Positions 39,495-48,593 of a DNA stretch of 64,000 nt are shown one piece after another; the stretch's first letter is position 1, and every line of letters starts with the position of its first letter. Made by a program: the position numbers and the translations under genes. Origin of the DNA: an uncultured Bacillota bacterium (GTDB lineage: Bacteria > Bacillota > Dehalobacteriia > UBA7702); assembly GCA_902796855.1 (NCBI GenBank), contig CADBQN010000016.1:7038-71037 (forward strand), in the 5' to 3' direction. Under the pieces are notes generated by a model that made no database searches, was not told where the DNA came from, and was given only the letters and a program-made list of their open reading frames with translations.

Positions 39495-41390
39495 GTGGAT
39501 AAACTTCAAGTAACCATTATGCCCGAAGGGCTCAGTGTTGAAGTCGAAAAAGGTTCGACTTTATTGGACGCGGCAAACGCGGCCGGCATTACGTTAAAAA
39601 GCTCCTGCGGCGGTCAGGGAACCTGCGGACGCTGCGCCGTCAAGGTCCTTGAAGGCACCGTCAACGGCGGCGACGGCAATATGTCCAAAGCCAAGCGCGC
39701 GGAGGGGTACATCCTCGCCTGCACCGCGAAGGTGGAAGACGGTCCCGTTACCGTTGAGTTCCCGGAAAGCTCCCGTCTTTCCGAACATCAGGTGCTTCTT
39801 GATGACAGTCTCGACGAAATCATCAAGGAAAGTCAGGTAGACGATTTTGAACACAGTGACGAGGCCTTTGTAAAGAAGGTTCAGGTCACGATGAGCGAAC
39901 CGAACCTGATGGAAAACGTTGATGACCTTTCGAGACTCAGCGCGGAATTAAAAGGCATTTTGGGCACGGAAAATATCACCATTTCCTACAATGCTTTAAA
40001 AACACTTCCTGCCAAAGTTCGTGAAGGGAATTGGCAAGTCACCGTGACGTGTCTCATAACGGATGAATCCGCTGAGGTGATCCGTGTGGAACCTGGTTAT
40101 GTCGATACGCCGCCTTACGGCATCGCGCTCGACATCGGCACAACGACCGTCGTTGCCGCTCTCGTTGACTTGGCCACCGGAAAGAAACTTCGTCAGGCCG
40201 GCACCTTTAACCGTCAGGCCGGGATGGGGGACGACGTGATCTCCCGTATCGTCTATACCGAAGAGGAAAAAGACGGTTTAAAGGAAATTCAGGACGTAGT
40301 CATCGAGACGATCAACGATCTCCTCGAAGAGCTCTACGCCAAAGAAAACATCGGCGCGGAAGATGTTTCCGCGATGATGGTCGCCGCCAATACGACGATG
40401 ATTCATCTCTTCCTCGGTGTTGAACCGATGTATATCAGAAGAGAACCCTATATTCCCGGTGTCTGTGACGCTCCCATTATCAAGGCGAAAGAACTCGGTC
40501 TCCATATTCATGAAGACGGTTCTGTCATCTGCTTCCCCTCGGTCGCGAGTTATGTCGGCGGCGATATCGTTTCCGGCGCGCTTCTGACAGGCATCGAAAA
40601 GCAGGATGAATTTTGGCTTTTCCTCGATATCGGTACCAATGGCGAAATGGTTCTCGGTAACAGCGATCTGCTGATGTGCTGTGCCTGTTCGGCAGGGCCT
40701 GCCTTTGAAGGCGGCGGCATTGCCTTTGGGATGAGAGCCATGGACGGCGCCATTGAAAAGATCGTGATTGACGATGAATTCAACGTCTCCTACGCGACGG
40801 TCGGGAACGCCGCCCCCGTGGGCATCTGCGGTTCCGGTCTGATCGACTGCTTATCGACGCTGAGAACGGCGGGAGTCATCAACCGCCAGGGCAAGATGCA
40901 GGACATCAGCAGCGATCGTATGCGTGAAGGCGATGAAGGCCCCGAATTCGTTCTCGTTTACGCTGACGAAACGGGCATCGGAAAAGACATTGTCATCACC
41001 GAAGCGGATATCGAAAACCTGATCCGGGCGAAAGCCGCGGTCTTTGCCGGCATTCGCATCATGCTGAGCAAAATGGAACTTCCTTTGGAAGCGGTCAGCA
41101 AGATTCTGATCGGCGGCGGTTTCGGGAATTACCTGAACCTGAACGACTCCATTCGCATCGGTCTGTTGCCGGATCTCCCCGCGGAGCTCTACAGCTTTAT
41201 CGGGAACAGCTCCCTGAAAGGGGCCTATATGGCGCTTTTGAGCAGAAGTGTCTTTAAACACAGCGTTGAATTAGGTCAGAGCATGACCTATCTGGAACTG
41301 TCTGATGGGAATGAATTCTATGATGAGTATGTACAGGCTATGTTCCTGCCTCATACCGACATGAGTCTCTTCCCGTCGTTAGAAGACTGA
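39495..41390 (+). CDS. Reductive activator of CFeSP (RACo/AcsV-like): 2Fe-2S ferredoxin N-terminus + ASKHA ATPase
   Basis: GTG start; 'CGGQGTCGRCAV' plant-type ferredoxin cysteines; 631 aa. Confidence 0.8.
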   Translation: MDKLQVTIMPEGLSVEVEKGSTLLDAANAAGITLKSSCGGQGTCGRCAVKVLEGTVNGGDGNMSKAKRAEGYILACTAKVEDGPVTVEFPESSRLSEHQVLLDDSLDEIIKESQVDDFEHSDEAFVKKVQVTMSEPNLMENVDDLSRLSAELKGILGTENITISYNALKTLPAKVREGNWQVTVTCLITDESAEVIRVEPGYVDTPPYGIALDIGTTTVVAALVDLATGKKLRQAGTFNRQAGMGDDVISRIVYTEEEKDGLKEIQDVVIETINDLLEELYAKENIGAEDVSAMMVAANTTMIHLFLGVEPMYIRREPYIPGVCDAPIIKAKELGLHIHEDGSVICFPSVASYVGGDIVSGALLTGIEKQDEFWLFLDIGTNGEMVLGNSDLLMCCACSAGPAFEGGGIAFGMRAMDGAIEKIVIDDEFNVSYATVGNAAPVGICGSGLIDCLSTLRTAGVINRQGKMQDISSDRMREGDEGPEFVLVYADETGIGKDIVITEADIENLIRAKAAVFAGIRIMLSKMELPLEAVSKILIGGGFGNYLNLNDSIRIGLLPDLPAELYSFIGNSSLKGAYMALLSRSVFKHSVELGQSMTYLELSDGNEFYDEYVQAMFLPHTDMSLFPSLED

Positions 41391-41418
41391 CATCGGTTAT
41401 ATGAGAGGATGATATTCT

Positions 41419-42183
41419 ATGGCAAAAATGGCAAAACACATCGCCCTCGTTGGTAAAGGCGGCGTTGGCAAAACGACATTGACGACGATGATCTGCCGGT
41501 ACCTCGAAGAAAACGATAAGGGGATTGTTTTGGCGGTCGATGCCGATCCCAACGCCAACCTCAACGAAGCGCTCGGAATGGAATTTTCTTCCTGTATTTC
41601 AGATGTTATTGAGGACACGAAACGTCCTCACGCGGTTCCTGACGGCATGTCAAAGGAACGATACGTTGAATACAGATTGCAGGACGCGCTGATCGAAGGC
41701 GATAAGAACCTCGATATGCTGATTATGGGCGGTCCTCAGGGACCGGGCTGCTACTGCTACGCGAACGACCTTTTGAGAGGCTATATTGAGCGCCTTGAAA
41801 AGAATTACGATTATCTCGTCATGGACAGCGAGGCCGGTATGGAGCATATCAGCCGCCGCACCGTTCAGGATGTGGATGTCATGTTCATCGTCAGCGACGC
41901 GTCGGCTCGCGGGGTCCGCACGATTACACGGATCTACGATCTTGTGAAAAACCTGAAAACAAAGGTTAAATCTGTTTACGCGATCGTTACAAAAGCATCG
42001 GAAGAAACCATAAACGACTTGCAGGAGGAACTTGAAAAAACAGGTGTCGAATTCGCCGGCTTCATTCCTTTTGACCCTCAGGTCTTTGAGTATGACGCGA
42101 AGGGCAAACCCCTTTACGAACTGCCGGAAGACGCTCCCGTTGTAAAAGCTTCCTACGCAATTTTTGATAAGATTAAATTATAA
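41419..42183 (+). CDS. acsF: CooC-type nickel-insertion ATPase (AcsF) for ACS
   Basis: 'HIALVGKGGVGKTT' Walker A; 254 aa; second CooC-family gene in the cluster. Confidence 0.85.
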   Translation: MAKMAKHIALVGKGGVGKTTLTTMICRYLEENDKGIVLAVDADPNANLNEALGMEFSSCISDVIEDTKRPHAVPDGMSKERYVEYRLQDALIEGDKNLDMLIMGGPQGPGCYCYANDLLRGYIERLEKNYDYLVMDSEAGMEHISRRTVQDVDVMFIVSDASARGVRTITRIYDLVKNLKTKVKSVYAIVTKASEETINDLQEELEKTGVEFAGFIPFDPQVFEYDAKGKPLYELPEDAPVVKASYAIFDKIKL

Positions 42184-42209
42184 GCCGATTATTTGAAAGG
42201 AGAACAAAA

Positions 42210-43175
42210 ATGGCTGTACAGATTTTAAAAGAAAAGTATGCCCAACCCGTCCGTGCTTTTAAGCTCGGCAACACCGCGGAAGAAGGCGGCACTCGCGGCT
42301 ACTCCCTGACGGTTGGTGGCGAAGGCACGCTTCCTTTCCAACATTATGAAGGTGAAAACCCCAACAAACCCATCGTCGCGATGGAAGTTAACTCCAATAA
42401 ACAACTCGACTGGAAAGATACCCTTGTTGACGCTATCGGCAAAGACGTTGTCGCCGATCCCGCCAAATGGGCCCAGTTCAACAAAGAAGCCGGCGCTGAC
42501 GCCATCTATCTGAAACTGGACTCCGCCGATCCCGATAAGGGTGGCGATTCCCCCGAAGCCTGCGCTCAGATCGCCAAAGACGTTCTGGCCGCTGTGGATC
42601 TTCCTCTCATCGTTGCCGGTTCCGGTAACGCCACCGTTGACGAAGAAGTTCTGATGGCTGTTGCCGAAGCGACCAAAGGCGAAGGTCTGCTCCTCGGTTT
42701 TGCTGAAACCGAACATTACAAAGCCCTCGTCGCCGCCTGCCTGGGCAACGGTCATGGCATCATCGCCAGATCTCCCCTCGACATCAACATCTGCAAACAG
42801 CTCAACATTCTCATCGGCGAAATGAACATGCCGATGGAAAGAATCGTCATTGACCCCCTCGTTTCCTCCGTTGGTTATGGTATTGAATATGCCTACTCCA
42901 TCATGGAACGCGGCCGCATCGGCGCTCTCACCGGTGACAAAACCCTCGCTATGCCTCTCATCGCTACCGTCGGTTTCGAAGCCTGGAGACAGAAAGAAGC
43001 CTGGGGCACCACCGAAGAATACGCCGAATGGGGCGAACAGAGCCAGCGTGGTCCCGCTTGGGAAGCTACCACTGCCGCCGCTTGCCTCCAGGGTGGTGTT
43101 GACATTCTCTGCATGAGACATCCTGACGCTGTTAAAACCATCAAACATCAGATTGATGCTTTAATGACGAAATAA
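42210..43175 (+). CDS. acsD: Corrinoid iron-sulfur protein small subunit (CFeSP delta)
   Basis: 321 aa TIM-barrel-like 'MAVQILKEKYAQPVRAFKLG', position and size as in Moorella AcsD. Confidence 0.85.
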   Translation: MAVQILKEKYAQPVRAFKLGNTAEEGGTRGYSLTVGGEGTLPFQHYEGENPNKPIVAMEVNSNKQLDWKDTLVDAIGKDVVADPAKWAQFNKEAGADAIYLKLDSADPDKGGDSPEACAQIAKDVLAAVDLPLIVAGSGNATVDEEVLMAVAEATKGEGLLLGFAETEHYKALVAACLGNGHGIIARSPLDINICKQLNILIGEMNMPMERIVIDPLVSSVGYGIEYAYSIMERGRIGALTGDKTLAMPLIATVGFEAWRQKEAWGTTEEYAEWGEQSQRGPAWEATTAAACLQGGVDILCMRHPDAVKTIKHQIDALMTK

Positions 43176-43237
43176 AGAATCAACTACTTTTGTCCTTTTG
43201 GATTCTTTATTAAATAATGTGATAGGAGGAACTAGTA

Positions 43238-44053
43238 ATGAAAATTATTGGTGAAAGATGTAACGGGATGTTCCTCGACATCCGCGAAGGCATCCAGAAA
43301 AGAGATCCCCAGCCCCTGATCGACTGGGCGAAAAAACAGGAAGAAATGGGTGCTGACTGGATCGACCTCAATGCCGGTCCCGCCTGCGCTAACGAAGCCG
43401 AACGTGTTGAAGCCATGAAATGGATGGTTGAAGTCGTTCAGCCCGCTACCAAACTTCCTCTGGCTCTCGACTCCACGAACTATGACGCCATCGAAGAAGG
43501 CCTGAAACTCATCGACGAAGCTCATATTCATGACACTCTGATCAACTCCGTTCCCTGCGAACAGGAAAAAATGGACAGAGTTTTCGCGATGGCCGCCGAA
43601 TTTGGCTGCAAAGTCGTTTGCCTCACCATGGACGCCAAAGGTGTTCCTCAGGAAGCTGAAAGCCGTGTCGCTATGGCGATGGAACTCGTTGCCAACGCTG
43701 ATATGGCCGGTGTTCCCAGTGACGACCTTTACATTGACCCCCTGATTCTTCCCTGCAATGTCGCTCAGTTCCATTGCCCGGAAGTTCTGAAAGCTTTGGC
43801 TCAGATCAAGACTCTTGCGGATCCCGCTCCCAACACCGTTCTCGGTCTCTCCAACGTTTCTCAGAAATCGCCTGACCGTTCCTTGCTCAACAGAACTTAC
43901 CTCGCCATGGGCGCTTCCTGCGGCCTTGACGCTGTCATCGCTGACCCCTGCGACGACGCTCTGATGGAAGTCGCTGCTTCCACCGAAGTTCTCCTGAACA
44001 AGAAGATCTATGCTGATTCCTACGTAAAAGTTTATCGCGAAAAGAATCTCTAA
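43238..44053 (+). CDS. acsE: Methyltetrahydrofolate:corrinoid/iron-sulfur protein methyltransferase
   Basis: Pterin-binding (DHPS-like) 'MKIIGERCNG ... GADWIDLNAGPA'; 271 aa. Confidence 0.9.
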   Translation: MKIIGERCNGMFLDIREGIQKRDPQPLIDWAKKQEEMGADWIDLNAGPACANEAERVEAMKWMVEVVQPATKLPLALDSTNYDAIEEGLKLIDEAHIHDTLINSVPCEQEKMDRVFAMAAEFGCKVVCLTMDAKGVPQEAESRVAMAMELVANADMAGVPSDDLYIDPLILPCNVAQFHCPEVLKALAQIKTLADPAPNTVLGLSNVSQKSPDRSLLNRTYLAMGASCGLDAVIADPCDDALMEVAASTEVLLNKKIYADSYVKVYREKNL

Positions 44054-44069
44054 GATCAAACATACAAAG

Positions 44070-44100
44070 AAGCAGGCAGCTTTAAGCTGTCTGCTTTTTT
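44070..44100 (+). terminator. Intrinsic terminator after acsE (AAGCAGGCAGCTT...AAGCTGTCTGCTT + TTTTTT)
   Basis: Near-perfect 12-bp stem with a 6-T run. Confidence 0.6.
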
Positions 44101-44304
44101 GCGTATCAGCGGTTTTGAAGGGGAGGGGAAAAGGCTCCGAAAACGCGTCGCTGAACCGTTCTCAGCGAAAGGGTCTTTTGCTCCATAAAAAAAACCGCGC
44201 TGCGGCGGTGAGAAAACGATTCAAAAAGAAGGGCGTGTCTCGCGGTGTATTCCAACGTTCGGCAGTCTCAGACTGGGATTTCGTTAAAACGGATCACGGT
44301 ATGA

Positions 44305-44826
44305 TCATTCCTCCGGAGCCGCTTCTTCCGCTTTTTTGTTCTTACTCCTCCACAGGGAATTTGCCGGCATAACGAGGCCGGCGCAGATCACGCCGAAGAG
44401 GACGGAAATCATCGCCTGGACTTCCGCGCCGTAAAACCCGGTCAGGAAACAGGTGGAAACACTGCAAACCATCAGCGGAGCGTAACGCAGAACGGTGTTT
44501 TGAAAAACACCCAGATACAGATAAAAAGCAACGATTCCGAAAATCATTCCTCCGACCAGGTTCCCACCCATATCCCCAAGAAGAGGAACCGTGGCGAGGG
44601 TCAGCAGCCAGAAGAACAGATATCCCCATGCCCAGCCGGACAGAGCGCTGATGAAATAATGCGGAAGTTTCTTTGGATCCATGCCCAACGCCACCGTACA
44701 GGCAAAGCCAACAAAGCAATAGCCGATTGTGGCGCCTAAGGGGAAGTTCGGGATGTTGTAAATGAGGCAAAGAAGTCCAACGAAAACGGCGAGCGTAACG
44801 GATAATTTCAGGGCATCTTTGTTCAT
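44305..44826 (-). CDS. Integral membrane protein (DUF1097-like), about 173 aa
   Basis: Multiple hydrophobic helices; start set at MNKDA with AAGGAGG RBS; terminator hairpin ACCGCGCTGCGGCGGT near 44195-44215. Confidence 0.5.
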   Translation of the reverse strand: MNKDALKLSVTLAVFVGLLCLIYNIPNFPLGATIGYCFVGFACTVALGMDPKKLPHYFISALSGWAWGYLFFWLLTLATVPLLGDMGGNLVGGMIFGIVAFYLYLGVFQNTVLRYAPLMVCSVSTCFLTGFYGAEVQAMISVLFGVICAGLVMPANSLWRSKNKKAEEAAPEE

Positions 44827-45133
44827 CGTTCTTACCTCCTTTTGTGTCAGCAACCTTTCTGTATGCATTTTTATAAGCGGACCTCTCACAAAATCACCGT
44901 AGCATGAACGTTTCTTTTTGTCAAGTTCGGAATCATTCTTTTATAAAATTATGACATAAAATAATAAATTATATTTAATTTGTTTTATGTGATTTTTGTT
45001 TGCGGAAGATAGAACGAACAAAAAGAGGTACGGCATTATTTTCAGTCTTTGAACATAAGGTTTATATTGCGTTTTTCGCGAAAATTCTGTATAATGAATA
45101 AGAAAAAAAGAAGCGTAAAACGCTTCTTTTTTG

Positions 45134-45210
45134 TGGCACGCCTGACAGGATTCGAACCTGCGACCTCCGGAATCGGAATCCGTCACTCTATCCTGCTGAG
45201 CTACAGGCGC
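45134..45210 (-). tRNA. tRNA-Arg (anticodon CCG)
   Basis: Reverse complement GCGCCTGTAGCTCAGCAGGATAGAGTGACGGATTCCGATTCCGGAGGTCGCAGGTTCGAATCCTGTCAGGCGTGCCA closely parallels E. coli tRNA-Arg(CCG); one A.G mismatch at the top of the anticodon stem. Confidence 0.75.
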
Positions 45211-45278
45211 TCAGACCACTTTATCTATTTTAACTTATAATTCTTGATTCGTCAATAATAATTTTGTGAGGTATGACT

Positions 45279-45917
45279 ATGGAAATTTATGATCCCAAGA
45301 GCGCGACGAGTTTCTATAACATGGACGAGACTGTCCGCGTCGCCGTTGAGCGGTTTCAAAACAGTGATCTCGATCAAATGATTGAAAACTGCGGTTTTAC
45401 AAAATGTGACGACGGTTTTGACGTCCATTTTATTCAGCGCGATCTGCATGTATCGTATCCCGAAGGGAACGTGATCGATAAATCGACCGGCGCAAAAGTT
45501 GATGACACCTGCAAAGTGCTCGTTCTTCATCACGCGGCTTATTCCAAAGGCGGCGGCCTCGTCGATAACATGATCTCGTATAAGGAACTCCCCAGCGGTG
45601 AAATATATATCAAACCCTTTACCAATCGCTGTGTCAAAGCGCTTGTCGGGATCTTCGCGTCAAATCTTGACGCTTTAAAGGGCGCTGTGGATCAGACCAT
45701 ACACCGTGAGGAACGTCATGGTGACTACAGCGTTACCATCCAGGTGATGCCGAAAGTTCCCATCACGCTCATTGTATATGAGGAAGACGACGAATTTCCC
45801 GCCGACGGCAACATTCTGTTCAACGGCAACGCCGCCAACCACCTGCATACTGAAGATTATACTCAGATATCGGCGTATCTCGTTTCTTCCCTGAAACGGA
45901 TCGCATTCCCCAAATGA
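45279..45917 (+). CDS. DUF3786-like protein (paralog 2)
   Basis: Homologous to the 5305-5913 product over its full length (shared 'YP.G', 'LP.G', 'E.DDEFPA..N.LF' blocks); GAGG RBS 7 nt before second ATG. Confidence 0.55.
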   Translation: MEIYDPKSATSFYNMDETVRVAVERFQNSDLDQMIENCGFTKCDDGFDVHFIQRDLHVSYPEGNVIDKSTGAKVDDTCKVLVLHHAAYSKGGGLVDNMISYKELPSGEIYIKPFTNRCVKALVGIFASNLDALKGAVDQTIHREERHGDYSVTIQVMPKVPITLIVYEEDDEFPADGNILFNGNAANHLHTEDYTQISAYLVSSLKRIAFPK

Positions 45918-45922
45918 GGTAA

Positions 45923-47170
45923 ATGCCCATGGATTCTATGATAAAAGACATTACGCTCGCGCCGGAAGGGCAATTAAAGCTCGATTGGGCCAAAAAGCAT
46001 ATGCCCGTACTGAATCTCTTCTGTGAGCGCTATAAAGACGAAAAACCCTTTAAAAATACGCGTATCAATATCTGCCTTCACATTGAGGCAAAAACCGGCT
46101 GTCTGGCTTTGGCCTTAAAAGAAATGGGGGCCGAAGTGGCTTTGGCGGGCTGCAATCCGCTTTCGACTCAGGACGACGTCGCGGCGGCTCTGGCGAAAGC
46201 GGGGATTCACGTTTTCGGTATTCACGGCGCCGACGAGAAGCTGTATAACGACTGTATTCTCGCTTCTCTTGAAAATAAGCCGGAACTGATTATTGACGAC
46301 GGCGGCGACCTTGTCTATCTGCTTCACCACGAAAAGCGCGAACTCCTCAGCGCGATCATCGGCGGTTGTGAAGAAACGACCACAGGACTGAACCGTCTTC
46401 GCGCCATGGCCGAAAAAAAGGAGCTTTCCTTCCCGATGATCGCCGTCAACGACGCCGACTGCAAACATCTTTTTGACAATCGCTACGGAACGGGACAGTC
46501 CGCCTGGACGTCGATTATGTCGACGACCAATCTGCTGGTGGCCGGCAGCACCGTTGTTGTCGCCGGTTACGGATGGGTCGGCCGGGGGCTGGCTTTGAGA
46601 GCGAAATCTCTCGGCGCCCGGGTCATCGTTACCGAAATCGACGAAGTGAAAGCGCTGGAAGCGCTGATGGACGGCTATGACGTTATGCCGATGACGGAAG
46701 CCGCCGCGCTGGGTGATTTCTTTATCACGGCCACCGGCAACTGCGACGTGCTCCGACGGGAGCATTTCGAGGTGATGAAGGACGGCGCCGTGCTCTCCAA
46801 CGCCGGACATTTTGACGTTGAGATCAATAAGGAAGAATTAACGGCTATGACGAAGGAAATCGTTCCGGCCAGGGAAAACATTGAGGCCTATCATCTGAAG
46901 GACGGCCGCACCGTATATCTGATGGGCGAGGGGCGTCTTGTGAATCTCGCCTGCGGCATGGGACATCCCGTGGAAATAATGGATATGTCGTTTGCCGTTC
47001 AAATCGGCTCTCTGCTTTATTTGAGGGAGCAGGGGAGCACCCTTGAACCGATCGTGAATCCCGTGCCCCGGGAAGTTGATTTAAAAATCGCTTCATTGAA
47101 GCTGGATTCTTTATCGAAAAAAATCGACACGCTTACGGAAAAACAGGAAAAGTACTGGCACAATCGCTGA
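45923..47170 (+). CDS. ahcY: Adenosylhomocysteinase (SAH hydrolase)
   Basis: 'DITLAPEGQLKLDWAKKHMPVL', NAD-binding 'VVVAGYGWVGRGLA'; start could be 45929. Confidence 0.9.
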   Translation: MPMDSMIKDITLAPEGQLKLDWAKKHMPVLNLFCERYKDEKPFKNTRINICLHIEAKTGCLALALKEMGAEVALAGCNPLSTQDDVAAALAKAGIHVFGIHGADEKLYNDCILASLENKPELIIDDGGDLVYLLHHEKRELLSAIIGGCEETTTGLNRLRAMAEKKELSFPMIAVNDADCKHLFDNRYGTGQSAWTSIMSTTNLLVAGSTVVVAGYGWVGRGLALRAKSLGARVIVTEIDEVKALEALMDGYDVMPMTEAAALGDFFITATGNCDVLRREHFEVMKDGAVLSNAGHFDVEINKEELTAMTKEIVPARENIEAYHLKDGRTVYLMGEGRLVNLACGMGHPVEIMDMSFAVQIGSLLYLREQGSTLEPIVNPVPREVDLKIASLKLDSLSKKIDTLTEKQEKYWHNR

Positions 47171-47194
47171 AAGCGACAGAAAGAAGGAATCGGG

Positions 47195-48031
47195 ATGCGA
47201 ACCATAGGGAAAGAGGAAATCGTCGAAACCGTCGCGGAACTATGTATCAGCGCCTGTTACGACCTGTGCGGCGACGTGAGCGAATGTATCAGGAAACGCC
47301 GGGAAAAGGAAAAATCCGATGTCGGCCGTGATATTTTGGGACAGCTGCTGACCAACGCGGAAATCGCGTCGAAAGACCGTGTTCCGATTTGTCAGGACTG
47401 CGGTTTGGCGGTGGTTTTTGCCGAAGTGGGACAGGATCTGCGTATCGAGGGCGCTTTTGAGGAGGCCGTGAACGAAGGAGTGCGCAAAGGGTATGAGGAA
47501 GGATATCTCAGAAAATCCACCTGCACGCCCCTGGGCCGTGAGAATTACGGCACGAACACGCCGGCGATCCTCCATGTCCGACTCGTGGGGGGCGACCGTC
47601 TGCGCCTGACCGTCGCTCCGAAGGGCGGCGGTTCGGAAAATATGAGCGCGCTGAAAATGTTCGCTCCGGCGGCCGGACGGAAAGGGATCATTGATTTTGT
47701 CGTGGAGACGGTGCGAAACGCCGGCCCGAACCCGTGTCCGCCCATCGTTGTCGGTGTCGGCATCGGCGGGAATTTTGAAAAAGCGCCGCTCCTGGCAAAA
47801 GAAGCGCTGCTCTGTTCCATGGAAGAAGCAAATCCCGACCCTGTTTTCGCCGCGATGGAAAGGGAGATTTTTGAAAGAGTGAACCGCCTCGGCATCGGCC
47901 CCGGCGGACTCGGCGGGAGCACCACCGCGCTTTCGGTCCATATCAAAGAAGCGCCGTGCCACATCGCTTCACTTCCCTGCGCCGTGAATCTCAACTGTCA
48001 CGCGGCGCGTCATAAAACAAAGGTCATTTAA
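47195..48031 (+). CDS. fumA: Class I fumarate hydratase / Fe-S hydro-lyase, alpha (catalytic) subunit
   Basis: 'ICQDCGLAVVFAEVGQD' Cys ligands of the Fe-S hydro-lyase tartrate/fumarate family. Confidence 0.85.
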   Translation: MRTIGKEEIVETVAELCISACYDLCGDVSECIRKRREKEKSDVGRDILGQLLTNAEIASKDRVPICQDCGLAVVFAEVGQDLRIEGAFEEAVNEGVRKGYEEGYLRKSTCTPLGRENYGTNTPAILHVRLVGGDRLRLTVAPKGGGSENMSALKMFAPAAGRKGIIDFVVETVRNAGPNPCPPIVVGVGIGGNFEKAPLLAKEALLCSMEEANPDPVFAAMEREIFERVNRLGIGPGGLGGSTTALSVHIKEAPCHIASLPCAVNLNCHAARHKTKVI

Positions 48032-48032
48032 A

Positions 48033-48593
48033 ATGAGTGAATTCGCTTTAACAACCCCTCTGAGGGATGAAGATACGGAACAACTGAGAACAGGGGATAC
48101 CGTGACCATCAGCGGCACGATCTATACCGCCCGGGACGCGGCTCATAAACGTCTCTGCGATCTGCTGGCGGAAGGGAAACCGCTTCCCCTTGATTTGGAA
48201 GGACAGGTCATTTTTTACGCCGGCCCGGCGCCGACCAAACCTGGTCAGGCCATCGGCTCCGTCGGGCCGACGACGAGTTACCGCATGGATCCCTATGCTC
48301 CCAAGCTCATCGCGGAAGCGGGCTTAAAGGGCATGATCGGCAAGGGAAAACGTGACGAACGGGTCAAAAAAGCCATCGCGGAGCACAAAGCCGTTTATTT
48401 TGCCGCCACCGGCGGCGCCGCGGCGTTGCTCAGTAAATGCGTAAAAAAATGCGACGTGATCCTGTATCCGGAACTGGGTCCCGAAGCTGTCCGCAGGCTG
48501 GAAGTGGAAGATCTTCCGGTCATTGTCGTCAATGACGTACGCGGAGGCGATCTCTATCAGGAAGCGGTGGAAAAATACAATGAAGAAGTATGA
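48033..48593 (+). CDS. fumB: Class I fumarate hydratase / Fe-S hydro-lyase, beta subunit
   Basis: 186 aa immediately downstream, 'TVTISGTIYTARDAAHKR' beta-subunit start. Confidence 0.85.
   Translation: MSEFALTTPLRDEDTEQLRTGDTVTISGTIYTARDAAHKRLCDLLAEGKPLPLDLEGQVIFYAGPAPTKPGQAIGSVGPTTSYRMDPYAPKLIAEAGLKGMIGKGKRDERVKKAIAEHKAVYFAATGGAAALLSKCVKKCDVILYPELGPEAVRRLEVEDLPVIVVNDVRGGDLYQEAVEKYNEEV

Noticed and set aside
44941-45240. Two overlapping ORFs (44941-45186 -, 45049-45240 +) in the AT-rich spacer
   Set aside because: They overlap the tRNA-Arg gene and its terminator. Their composition is AT-rich and low-complexity with no RBS, so they are treated as intergenic.
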